NCBI GenBank assembly: GCA_036266975.1
Contig: DATAWZ010000074.1
Span: 14,986 to 78,985 of the forward strand
Direction: 5' to 3'
Source of the DNA: Solirubrobacteraceae bacterium
Lineage (GTDB): Bacteria; Actinomycetota; Thermoleophilia; Solirubrobacterales; Solirubrobacteraceae
Length of the DNA stretch: 64,000 nucleotides
Below are positions 1 through 8,606 of the stretch, piece after piece (position 1 is the stretch's first letter; the number at the start of each line of letters is the position of its first letter). The notes below the pieces were generated by a model. That model saw only the letters and a program-made list of their open reading frames with translations. It was not told where the DNA came from and ran no database searches. The translations under genes were made by a program, and so were the position numbers.

Positions 1-402
1 GCGGCCGAAGCGCGAACGCACCATCCCGCGCAGCGCCTGCCGGCTCCAGCGGAAGGCCGCGCTGAGGTTGGTGTCCACCACGCTGTCCCAGTCCTCGTTC
101 TCGAGCAGCATCGAGACGTTGTCGGCGCGGATGCCGGCGTTGTTCACGAGCACGAGCACCGGTCCCAGGTCGCGCGCGGCGTCGGCGAAGACGGCCTTCG
201 GCGAGGCCTCGTCGGTGACGTCGGCACGGTAGATCTGCGCCCGTCCTCCGGCCCGGGCGATCGCCGCGCTGGTGCGCTCGGCGGCCTGCTCGTCGCTGCG
301 GTAGACGATTGCGACCGGCCAGCCGTCGGCGGCCAGACCCTCGGCGATCGCGGCGCCGATCCCGCGCGAGCCACCGGTGACCAGGGCGCAGCCATCGTTC
401 AC
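1..402 (-). CDS. fabG: 3-oxoacyl-ACP reductase-like short-chain dehydrogenase (N-terminal part; gene runs off the window)
   Basis: Not in the ORF track because it is open at the window edge. Reverse translation from GTG 402..400 gives VNDGCALVTGGSRGIGAAIAEGLAADGWPVAIVY...LVNNAG (SDR TGxxxGIG and NNAG motifs), in frame down to position 1. The start overlaps the fabH stop (GTGA). Confidence 0.75.
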   Translation of the reverse strand, partial: MNDGCALVTGGSRGIGAAIAEGLAADGWPVAIVYRSDEQAAERTSAAIARAGGRAQIYRADVTDEASPKAVFADAARDLGPVLVLVNNAGIRADNVSMLLENEDWDSVVDTNLSAAFRWSRQALRGMVRSRFGR

Positions 403-1373
403 GGCCACTCCAGCACCGCCGCGCCCCAGGTCAGGCCGGCACCCATCGCGCCGAGCAGGATCTTGGCGCCTGAGGTCAGTCGGCCCTGGGCGTGGGCCTC
501 GGCGAGCGCGAGCGGGATGCTCGCCGCCGAGGTGTTGCCGATCTCGGCGATGCAGTCCAGCACGCGGTCAGGCTCGAGCTCGAGGCGCTCGGTCACCGCG
601 TGCAGGATGCGCGCGTTGGCCTGGTGAAAGACGAACAGGTCAACCTCGGAGGGGTCCATGCCCACGAGCGATAGCGCCTGGAGCCCGGCGGCGCTCATCT
701 CGATGACCGCCCGCTTGAAGGTCTCGTGGCCCTTCATCTCCACGTTGCCACCGTGCTGGATGACGATCAGGTCGCGCGAGCCGCCGTCGCTGCGGAGCAC
801 GACCGGTCCCACCCAGCCGCCGCCGCCGGCCGAGAGCACCAGCGCGCCGGCTCCGTCGCCGAAGAGAATCGCGGTGCTGCGGTCGTCCATGTCGATGAAC
901 CGGGACATCACCTCGGCCCCGACGACGAGCACCTTCTCGGCGCGGCGGGCCTCGATCTGCCCGCAGGCGAGGGCGAGCGCCGACAGGGAACCGGTGCACG
1001 CCGCGTTGATGTCGATGGCGCCGGCGCGCTCGGCGCCGATCTCGTGCGCCACGAGGGGTGCGGCCGCGGGGGTGATCTCGTCGGCGGCGACGGTGGCGAC
1101 GAGCACGAGGTCCAGGTCGGCCGCGTCGACGCCCGCGTCGGCGAGCGCGGCCCGCGCGGCGTCGGTGGAGAGCTCGCTGACGCGTTGCCCGTCGGCGCGA
1201 CCGCGCGAGTGGATCCCGGTGCGCTTGCGAATCCACTCCTCATCGACGCCGAGGCGCTCGCTCAGCTCGGAGTTGTACAGCCGGCCTGGGGGCACGGCGC
1301 GGCCCACGCCGGCGATGCCGACGGTGATGGGCGACTGCGAGGGATCGATCGGGGCGAGTTCCGTAAGGGACAT
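399..1373 (-). CDS. fabH: 3-oxoacyl-ACP synthase III (KAS III)
   Basis: 324-aa ORF with the Cys/His/Asn triad contexts INAACTGS, FHQANARI and IGNTSAASIP, and typical FabH length. Confidence 0.9.
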   Translation of the reverse strand: MSLTELAPIDPSQSPITVGIAGVGRAVPPGRLYNSELSERLGVDEEWIRKRTGIHSRGRADGQRVSELSTDAARAALADAGVDAADLDLVLVATVAADEITPAAAPLVAHEIGAERAGAIDINAACTGSLSALALACGQIEARRAEKVLVVGAEVMSRFIDMDDRSTAILFGDGAGALVLSAGGGGWVGPVVLRSDGGSRDLIVIQHGGNVEMKGHETFKRAVIEMSAAGLQALSLVGMDPSEVDLFVFHQANARILHAVTERLELEPDRVLDCIAEIGNTSAASIPLALAEAHAQGRLTSGAKILLGAMGAGLTWGAAVLEWP

Positions 1374-1477
1374 GTGCGCTCCCGTTCAGGGTGCCGGGGT
1401 CGGGACGGTGGACAAACCATATGCGGCCCAGCACCCCCCGACCGGGGGGGACCAGTCGCGTCGGCGCACGCAGAGAA

Positions 1478-2125
1478 TCACTCCAGCACTCCCGTGCGCT
1501 GGGCGAGCTGGACGGCCTCGGCGCGATTGCGCGCGCCGAGCTTGCGGTACAGCGAGCTGGTGTGCTCCTTGATCGTGTGGGGGCTCAGGAACAGCGCCCC
1601 GGCGATCTCGCGGTTGGTGGCGCCGGAGCCGATCAGCTCCAGGACCTGGCGCTCGCGCTCGCTCAGGGGCGGCCCCGCGGGTGCCGCGCTCGGCTTGAAG
1701 ACGGTCATGCCGAGCCCGACCATGCGCACGGCGCGTGCGATGTCGCTCGCGGGCCAGTCCTTGGAGACGAACCCGGCGGCGCCGGCCGCCCGGGCCGCGC
1801 TGGAGGAGATGCCCCCCGCGCCGGAGATCAGCAGGACGTTCGGCGGGCGGGGCTCCTCCTCGCGCAGGCGGGCGGCGATCTCCGGCCCGGACTCCTCGCC
1901 GACGAACAGGTCGACGAGCGCGACGTGGGGTCGGTAGCGCCGGCCGAGCGCGAAGGCCTCGGCGCCCGTGCGTGCCGAGAGCACGCGCTCGACCCACGGC
2001 TGCTGGCCGAGCATGAGGCGAAAACCCCAGTGCACGACATCGTGATCGTCGACGACCAGGATGCGCAGCCGCCGCTCGCCGTCGGGCTCGGTTGTGGCCG
2101 GTTCGGTGGCGGCGGCCGAGCTCAT
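1478..2125 (-). CDS. NarL/LuxR-family two-component response regulator
   Basis: Receiver motif RILVVDDHDVV, plus a C-terminal LuxR HTH (LSERERQVLELIGSGATNREIAGALFLSPHTIKEHTSSLYRKLG). The start overlaps the kinase stop (ATGA). Confidence 0.85.
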   Translation of the reverse strand: MSSAAATEPATTEPDGERRLRILVVDDHDVVHWGFRLMLGQQPWVERVLSARTGAEAFALGRRYRPHVALVDLFVGEESGPEIAARLREEEPRPPNVLLISGAGGISSSAARAAGAAGFVSKDWPASDIARAVRMVGLGMTVFKPSAAPAGPPLSERERQVLELIGSGATNREIAGALFLSPHTIKEHTSSLYRKLGARNRAEAVQLAQRTGVLE

Positions 2126-3294
2126 GGGCGCCCCTCAGCGCGCGCCGCCACCGCTCGTCGCGGGGACGGCTTCGGGGGAGCGGGCGCCGGCGCCTCGACG
2201 TCGGAAACGACGAGTCGCACCTGCCAGCCGCCGCCGCGCGGCCCGAACTCGACCACGCCGCCGCAGCCGAGCGCCTCGAGGGCTGCGAGCCGCAGGCCCA
2301 TGCCGCTGTTGCGACGCCCTCCGGCGGACGGGACGCCGTCGTTGGCGATCTCCATGACGAAAGTACCCTCGGCGTGCGTGACCGATACGTCCACGCGCGT
2401 GGGCCGGGCGTGCTTGTGCGCGTTGCGGATCGCCTCGGTCAGCACCGACTGGCACAGTGCCTGCAGTCGGTCGGGGACCTCATGCGGGTCGCCGGCCACC
2501 AGCCGCACGCACAGATCGGGGTGCACCGCGGCCAGCCGCTCGAGCTCTTCGGCCAGCGTGCTCGCCGTCGGTCGCGGCGCGCGTCCGAGCGGGCGCTGCA
2601 GCGCGGCCCGTAGCTCGCCGAGCGCGGCCTGCAGCTCGCCGGCGCAGCGGCGCTGGGCCTCGCTGTCCAGCGGCTCCTCCGAGGCGAGCGCCAGCGAGAC
2701 ACCGAACAGGCGCTGCATCACACTCTCGTGGATGTCGCGGGCCAGGTCGATGCGCTGCTCGAGCTGCTTGGCCTTCTCGCTCTGGCTGGTGGCGACCGCG
2801 GCGACCGCGGCGACCGCGGCGGTGCGCCCGAGCGCGAGCAGCAGCGCCCGGTCGCCGGCGCTGACCGGCGGGGTGCCGGGCTCACGCTCGCTGATGATGA
2901 CCCCGACCCAGCGGCCGCCGGCCGACATCGGGGTCCAGAACGTATGCATCCCGGCGAGGAATTGCCGCCAGATCTCCGGCAGCTCGAGGCCCTCGGCACC
3001 GTCGATCTCCAGGACCTGCTCCTCGGCCAGCGCGCGCTGGGCGACCGGGAAGCGCTCGACGGTAACGTGGAGGTTTGTGAGGTCGCCCAGCTCCATGCCG
3101 TGCGCGCCGGCGGCGCGCACGCGCCGCCGCGCCGGGTCGTAGCGGAAGATCACCGCGCGCCGCATCGACACCAGCCGGCACACGGCTTCGCACAGGCGGG
3201 CGTAGAAGGCGCCGTCCGGGGCGTCGTCCTCGAGCCGCGAGAGCAGCTCGACGATTACCTCGCTCGCCTCGAGCTGATGCCCGGGCGCGCTCAC
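2122..3294 (-). CDS. Sensor histidine kinase (GAF-like N-terminus, HisKA_3 H-box, HATPase)
   Basis: H-box DIHESVMQRLFGVSLAL and ATPase region EAIRNAHKHA...NDG...GMGL. Translationally coupled to the response regulator. Confidence 0.85.
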   Translation of the reverse strand: MSAPGHQLEASEVIVELLSRLEDDAPDGAFYARLCEAVCRLVSMRRAVIFRYDPARRRVRAAGAHGMELGDLTNLHVTVERFPVAQRALAEEQVLEIDGAEGLELPEIWRQFLAGMHTFWTPMSAGGRWVGVIISEREPGTPPVSAGDRALLLALGRTAAVAAVAAVATSQSEKAKQLEQRIDLARDIHESVMQRLFGVSLALASEEPLDSEAQRRCAGELQAALGELRAALQRPLGRAPRPTASTLAEELERLAAVHPDLCVRLVAGDPHEVPDRLQALCQSVLTEAIRNAHKHARPTRVDVSVTHAEGTFVMEIANDGVPSAGGRRNSGMGLRLAALEALGCGGVVEFGPRGGGWQVRLVVSDVEAPAPAPPKPSPRRAVAARAEGRP

Positions 3295-3512
3295 CCCTGC
3301 GCCGGCACCAATGCGAGTCGCAGGGCCTGAGCCGGGGTCAGGTAGACGTCGCGCGCGTCACCACAGTGCCGGCACCGGCAGCGCACGAAGGCGTCGTAGC
3401 CGTCACCGCCGAGCGTCCAGTCCACCTCGCCGCTCAGGCACATCCGGCACGCGAGTGACGCATCGACCAGCTCCTGCGGGTCCTCGGCGAGAAAACTCGC
3501 GACCTCGACCAT
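3291..3512 (-). CDS. Small Cys-rich (zinc-ribbon-like) protein, first gene of the two-component operon
   Basis: 73 aa with CRMC...CRCRHC. Its stop overlaps the kinase start by 4 nt. No family recognised. Confidence 0.5.
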   Translation of the reverse strand: MVEVASFLAEDPQELVDASLACRMCLSGEVDWTLGGDGYDAFVRCRCRHCGDARDVYLTPAQALRLALVPAQG

Positions 3513-3586
3513 CCCCTGACGGTGTCACTCGTGGGGCACGGCGGCAACGCCCCTCCGGGGCCAACCCCCCAATCGGGGGGTGGGGG

Positions 3587-4594
3587 TCACCCCTCCAGGA
3601 CGCCGCGCCGCGAGTGGCGCCGCCAGCCGCGCCGAACCGACAGCGCGAAGCGCTCGGGCGGACGCGCGTAGAGCTCGGCGCCGAGCGCGAACGCCTCGCG
3701 CGCGAGCTCCTCGCGCCGGACGTCGATTCCGGCGAGTAGCGGGGCAAGATCCTCGCCGTCGCTGGCCGCGGCGAGCTCGCGCAGCACGGCCAGATCGTGG
3801 TGTTCGCCGAGCACGTCGCCCAGCCGCCGCGCGGTAGCCGCGGTGCGACCGAGACCGCCCGGCCGCAGCGGCTCGAGCACCTCCGCGCAATGCCGCAGGT
3901 ACTTCACGCTCTTGCGCCAATCGTGCAGCCGCTCATCGTCGTCGGGCTTGCGCCGCGCGCGGCGCCGTTCCTCGCGCCCACGCGCGTAGACCGCGATCAG
4001 GCCAGGGGCGATCGCCTTGAAGTGCCGCTCAGACGGGGCCCAATCGGGGACGCGAGCCACGCTCTGGCCGAGCAGCCCGGCGACCTCCTCGATGTTCCCG
4101 CGCTCGAGCGCCTCGCGCTCGCGGGCGGCGTCGGCGTGCAGGCGGGCGAGCAATGCCACGACGGCGTCGCGGGTATGCGGGCTGGACTCGTCGAGCAGAT
4201 CGGGCAGTTGGTCGGAGAGCAGCCCCTGTAGCGTGGCGAGCATGACCTCGGCGTCCCGTGCGGCGGCGAGTGCGCGGCCGATGTCGCGCATGCGTGCGTC
4301 CTCGCTCTTGAACGCGTCGGCGTCGAGCGCGCCCCGGACCAGGCGCAGCAGCGCGCGCTCGCGCTTGAGCGACTTGCGCGCCTCGTGGACCGCCTCGACG
4401 CGCTCGCCGGGCGGTGCCGCCCGCAGGCGCTCGGCGGAGGCGGCAAGCTGGGTGGAGGCCACGCGCCGCAGCCCGCGGGGCAGGTCCTCGCCGGCGAGGA
4501 GTCGGAAGGCGCGCGATTCGCGATCCTCCGTATCCGGTGCGGCGTCGATCGACGTCAGCGACATCGAATTGACGATAACGAGAAAGGTGTTCAT
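3587..4594 (-). CDS. CHAD domain-containing protein
   Basis: Helical protein with conserved-His segments VHEARKSLKRERALLRL and LHDWRKSVKYLRHCAEV, typical of CHAD. An alternative start (MSLTSID) lies 10 codons downstream. Confidence 0.8.
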   Translation of the reverse strand: MNTFLVIVNSMSLTSIDAAPDTEDRESRAFRLLAGEDLPRGLRRVASTQLAASAERLRAAPPGERVEAVHEARKSLKRERALLRLVRGALDADAFKSEDARMRDIGRALAAARDAEVMLATLQGLLSDQLPDLLDESSPHTRDAVVALLARLHADAAREREALERGNIEEVAGLLGQSVARVPDWAPSERHFKAIAPGLIAVYARGREERRRARRKPDDDERLHDWRKSVKYLRHCAEVLEPLRPGGLGRTAATARRLGDVLGEHHDLAVLRELAAASDGEDLAPLLAGIDVRREELAREAFALGAELYARPPERFALSVRRGWRRHSRRGVLEG

Positions 4595-5258
4595 GCCCGA
4601 GCTTCAGGTCCTGCGCGTGTTCGTCGCGGCCGACGGCGGCGCCGGCAACCCGCTCGGTCTGTTCGTCGCTGCGGGCGAGGCGCCGACCGCGGCGCGGCAG
4701 GCGACGGCGGCGCGGCTCGGCTACAGCGAGACGGTGTTCGTCCACGATCGCGCCAGCGGGGCGCTGACCATCCACACTCCGCTGGTCGAGCTTCCGTTCG
4801 CCGGTCACCCGCTCGTCGGGACCGCCTGGGCGCTGGAGGAGCTGGACGTCCTGCGACCGCCCGCGGGTCAGGTACCCGTTCGCCGCGAGGGGGCGTGCGC
4901 CTTCATTGAGGCCGATCCGGCGCAAACCCCGGCGTGGGACCTGATCGAGCTCGAAGGTGTCGGCGAGGTGCGCTCGCTAGACGCTCCGCCAAACGGGAGC
5001 GGCCACGCGTGCTGCTGGGCTCCGAGTTCCGGCGCTCGCGGCGAGCTGTACGCGCGGGTCTTCGCCCCTGACTACGGGGTGCCGGAGGACCCGGCGACCG
5101 GCTCGGCGGCCGTCGCGCTGTGCGCGGCGCTCGGCCGTGAGCTGCGCATCGTGCAGGGCGCCGGCAGCGAGCTGCACGCGCGGCCGCTGCCCAGCGGGCG
5201 GGTGGAGCTCAGCGGGCGGGTCGTCCTCGACGAGCGCCGGCCGGAGCGGATCGGCTGA
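4593..5258 (+). CDS. PhzF-family isomerase-like protein
   Basis: Internal ATG of track ORF 4017..5258 gives MPELQVLRVFVAADGGAGNPLGLF...ETVFV...FAGHPLVGTAW...EDPATGSAA. GAAAGG lies 7 nt upstream. Confidence 0.8.
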   Translation: MPELQVLRVFVAADGGAGNPLGLFVAAGEAPTAARQATAARLGYSETVFVHDRASGALTIHTPLVELPFAGHPLVGTAWALEELDVLRPPAGQVPVRREGACAFIEADPAQTPAWDLIELEGVGEVRSLDAPPNGSGHACCWAPSSGARGELYARVFAPDYGVPEDPATGSAAVALCAALGRELRIVQGAGSELHARPLPSGRVELSGRVVLDERRPERIG

Positions 5259-5260
5259 CG

Positions 5261-5551
5261 ATGGCGCTCGAGAAGGCGCGGTGGTGGACGGCAAGGCGCT
5301 CGCAGGCCCGTCGCCGGCCGGTCACCTACCGCTGCCCGCTGTGCGGGCGACCGCTGCCGGCGCTCACCGAGCACATGCTGATCATGCCCGAGGGAGACGC
5401 CTCTCGCCGCCGTCACGCCCACACCGCCTGCGTGCTTGCGGCCCGCCGGCGCGGGCAGCTGCCGCTCCGAGAGGACTGGCTTCGTACCCAGCCGCGCCCG
5501 ACGCCGTGGTGGCGCCGGCTTCTGGGCCGCGGCGCTAGCCGCGCTCGCTGA
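5261..5551 (+). CDS. Small basic CxxC protein (hypothetical)
   Basis: 96 aa, starting 3 nt after the PhzF stop. Contains YRCPLCG...HAHTAC and has high third-position GC. No family recognised. Confidence 0.45.
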   Translation: MALEKARWWTARRSQARRRPVTYRCPLCGRPLPALTEHMLIMPEGDASRRRHAHTACVLAARRRGQLPLREDWLRTQPRPTPWWRRLLGRGASRAR

Positions 5552-6152
5552 CCGACGGGATCGGTCCCTGGGGCTGGAGCTGCCCGTTGTCGAGTGTGTA
5601 GGTGACCGAGGCCGTGCCCCCGCTCGAGAGCCCGTAGGAGAGCGTGACCGAGGTGTCGCTCTGCGAGACGACGGAGACGCTCGAGCTCGGCGTGCTCGTA
5701 TCGGTCCCGATGAAGCGTGCGCCTTCGAAGAAGAACGCCTGCTCGGGGCCGGAGCCCCCGCGCAGCCCGACCAGGACCTGCAGGGTCTGGCTCGAGTGGT
5801 ACTGGGAGAGGTCGACCGGGCTGTAGCCGCGCGAGCGCAGCATCGCCGCCGCCGTGCTGACTCCGCCCGAGCTGGGCGGCACGAAGGCGGGCGCAGTGGT
5901 CTCGGTGCGGGTGCTGCTCGTGGTCGTGGGCGGGGGCACCGTAGTGGCGGCCGTGCTCGTGCTCGTGGTCGTGGTCGTCGGGGTCGTCGCGGCCGCCGGG
6001 GTGGTGGCGGGCGAGGTCGTGCTCGCGGTCGTGCGGGTGATCGTGAGCGTTTCGGTGTTGATCGAGTCGGCGGTGTTGCTGCTGCCGCAGCCGGCGAGCG
6101 CGCCGGCGGCGAGCGCCGCGGCGAGCACGATCACGGGCGGGCGTCGCATCAC
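5535..6152 (-). CDS. Lipoprotein, LppP/LprE-like
   Basis: Signal peptide with lipobox LAGC, a T/P/S-rich linker, and a C-terminal domain (QVLVGLRGGSGPEQAFFFEGARFIGTD) resembling LppP/LprE. Confidence 0.75.
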   Translation of the reverse strand: MMRRPPVIVLAAALAAGALAGCGSSNTADSINTETLTITRTTASTTSPATTPAAATTPTTTTTSTSTAATTVPPPTTTSSTRTETTAPAFVPPSSGGVSTAAAMLRSRGYSPVDLSQYHSSQTLQVLVGLRGGSGPEQAFFFEGARFIGTDTSTPSSSVSVVSQSDTSVTLSYGLSSGGTASVTYTLDNGQLQPQGPIPSVSERG

Positions 6153-6208
6153 CCCACTGTATTCGCGCCGCCTTCCGGTGCTCCTACGCCGCCCTATGCT
6201 CCTCGTCG

Positions 6209-6475
6209 ATGACCCGGCGGCTGCTGACCTTCGTGCGCTACGTGCTGCCGGCGCTCGTGACCATCGCGGGCCTTGTCGCGATGGCCTTCCACACCGACAC
6301 CTCGCTCGAGGGAGGCGCCGGGCTGGTCAGCGCTGGGTTGGCGATCTACTTCGTCAACTGGCTCTTCCGCCAGGGCGCCAAGGGGGACGCCGACCGCGAC
6401 GCCGAGGAGGCCGCGCGGGCCTACTTCGACGAGCACGGTCACTGGCCTGACGAGCGGTCGCGGCGGCGGCGCTGA
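6209..6475 (+). CDS. Small membrane protein (2 predicted TM helices)
   Basis: 88 aa with two hydrophobic helices (VLPALVTIAGLVAMAF, LVSAGLAIYFVNWLF) followed by a charged tail. Confidence 0.55.
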   Translation: MTRRLLTFVRYVLPALVTIAGLVAMAFHTDTSLEGGAGLVSAGLAIYFVNWLFRQGAKGDADRDAEEAARAYFDEHGHWPDERSRRRR

Positions 6476-6523
6476 GTTCCCCGCTGCGGTGGCCTTCTAA
6501 ACGTCTCCTAACCGGCGCGAACC

Positions 6524-8494
6524 GTGGGCGCCCTACGCTTCCATTCGGACGTCCGAGGCCCCGTGACCGACCGCGACCGCCGACAGCCCACTCGCCGTAC
6601 CGCCACGGATCGGCGCACCTTCCTGCGAGGTGGAATCCTCGCCGGAGGGGCGCTCGCCGCCGGAGGCGGGGCGATTGCCGCGCTCGCAAGCCAAGGCTCG
6701 AGCCCGTCCCCGCCGGCCAACCCGCTGGTCGTTCTCTCGCCGGCCCAGGGCGTCAAGGGGGACGCGACCGCGTTCAAGCCCCGCCGTCGACAGCCGAACA
6801 TCCTGGTGATCCTCGTCGACCAGCTGCGCAGCCCCCGCTGGCTGCCGGGCGCCGCCTACGGCTCTCCGCTGATCCCCAACATCAGCGCGCTGGCGAGGGA
6901 ATCGGTGTCGTTCGGGCGCCACTTCACCGCCGCGAACGACTGCACGCCCGCGCGCTCGGCCCTGGTCACGGGCTTGTACACGCACCAGACGGGCTGCCTG
7001 GTCACCGGCGGCAGCACGCTCGCGGCCGGCCTTCCGACCTGGGGCTCGCTGCTGCACGAGCACGGCTACCACACCTACTGGTACGGCAAGTGGCACCTGA
7101 CGCGAGGCGACAGCAAGTGGACCGAGAGCAGCGGTCCCTCGGCGCTCGCCCGCTACGGCTTCCTGGGCGGCACCTATCCATCGCCCGACGGCGCGCCCGG
7201 GCAGGGGCAGCTCGTGGACCCGGCGATCGCCGAGCAGTTCCGCGGCTTCCTGGGTGCGCAGGGCGGGGAGGAGCCGTGGTGCACGACGGTCTCGTTCGTG
7301 AACCCGCACGACATCGCCTTCTGGTACCGCTTCACCGACCGGGTGCCCGCCGAGGCGAGCGCGCCGGCGCGCGTCGGCACGCTGCCGCCGAACTACGAGA
7401 CGCCCGCGCAGATCGCCGCTCAGGGCAAGCCGCGCCTGCAGCTCTCGCTGCAGGACACCTCCGCGGCCTCGTTCGGGCCGGTCGCCTTCACCGGGCCCCA
7501 GACCGTGCCGGACTGGCTGCCGTTCCTGGACCTCTACCTGCAGTTGCAGAACGACGTCGACGCGCACGTGGGCACCGTCCTCCGCGCGCTCGCCGAGCGG
7601 CCGCGAATCGCCGAGAACACCATCGTGCTGTTCACCTCCGACCACGGCGAGTACGGCGCCTCGCACGGCATGCGCGGCAAGGGCGCCGCGGTGTACGAGG
7701 AGGCCATCCGCGTGCCGCTGATGGTCAGGGACCCGCGAGGCGTCCTGTACCGCCGCCGCGGCCCCGAGCGCGAGCAGCTGACCTCGAGCGTCGATGTCGC
7801 GCCGCTGCTGCTGACGATTGGCACCGGCTCGAGCGACTGGCGTCGCGACTCCCACTACGCCTACCTGGCCGGGCGGCTCGACCTGTCGTCGATCCTCAGC
7901 GACCCGTCCGCGCCCGGGCGCAACTACATCCTGCACGCCACCGACGAGATCGTCACCGAGTTCGCGACCGAGCCCTACGCGGCCGGCGCGCCGCTCCACG
8001 TCATCGGGCTGCGCACCGTGAACGGCAAGTACGCGACCTACTCGAACTGGACGCAGGAGGGCATCGAGATCCTCGACACTGGGCAGGAGCGCGAGCTCTA
8101 CGACTACGGGACGCACGGCGGGCGTCTGGAGATCGAGAACGACGTGGGCCTGAATCCGCTGGAGGAGTCGATGCACGCGATGCTCGAGTCGGCGGTCGTG
8201 CAGGAGCTGCGCGAGACGCTGCCGCGACACCTGCGCGATGCCCAGCGCGACGGGCTCGAGGACTACCAGCGCGTCCGGGCCCGCGCCGCGTCGAACGCGG
8301 CGGACGCGCGGGAGGCCATGACCCGGGCGGCCGCCGCCGAGCAGCGTCCTGGCTCGCGCGCCGAGCGCCGGCGCGCCAAGCGGCTGAAGCGAGCGGCCGA
8401 GAGCGGAGGCGCGCTCGCGCAGCCGTACGGCGAGGCGCTCTCGGAGGCGCCCCGCCGGCAGCACCGCCGACCACGTCGGCGCCGCGCGAAGTAG
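6524..8494 (+). CDS. Tat-exported sulfatase (Cys-type, formylglycine motif)
   Basis: Twin-arginine leader DRRTFLRGGILAGGALAAGG and sulfatase signature NDCTPARSALVTGLYTHQTG (CxPxR). Also SDHGE and GKG motifs. Confidence 0.85.
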   Translation: MGALRFHSDVRGPVTDRDRRQPTRRTATDRRTFLRGGILAGGALAAGGGAIAALASQGSSPSPPANPLVVLSPAQGVKGDATAFKPRRRQPNILVILVDQLRSPRWLPGAAYGSPLIPNISALARESVSFGRHFTAANDCTPARSALVTGLYTHQTGCLVTGGSTLAAGLPTWGSLLHEHGYHTYWYGKWHLTRGDSKWTESSGPSALARYGFLGGTYPSPDGAPGQGQLVDPAIAEQFRGFLGAQGGEEPWCTTVSFVNPHDIAFWYRFTDRVPAEASAPARVGTLPPNYETPAQIAAQGKPRLQLSLQDTSAASFGPVAFTGPQTVPDWLPFLDLYLQLQNDVDAHVGTVLRALAERPRIAENTIVLFTSDHGEYGASHGMRGKGAAVYEEAIRVPLMVRDPRGVLYRRRGPEREQLTSSVDVAPLLLTIGTGSSDWRRDSHYAYLAGRLDLSSILSDPSAPGRNYILHATDEIVTEFATEPYAAGAPLHVIGLRTVNGKYATYSNWTQEGIEILDTGQERELYDYGTHGGRLEIENDVGLNPLEESMHAMLESAVVQELRETLPRHLRDAQRDGLEDYQRVRARAASNAADAREAMTRAAAAEQRPGSRAERRRAKRLKRAAESGGALAQPYGEALSEAPRRQHRRPRRRRAK

Positions 8495-8606
8495 CGCCTG
8501 ACCTTTCGCAACAGTCGCTAACGAAGCGCACCGCGACTCCTCCCCGGTGGCGTGGTTAAGGGGAGCGTCCAGTCCCCAACATTCCCACCGCAGGAGGGAA
8601 CGGCAT

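Noticed and set aside
3565-3580. C6-AATC-G6 hairpin between the CHAD stop and the next gene.
   Set aside because: It is a short stem made of homopolymers with no U-tract, and could equally be chance in GC-rich DNA.
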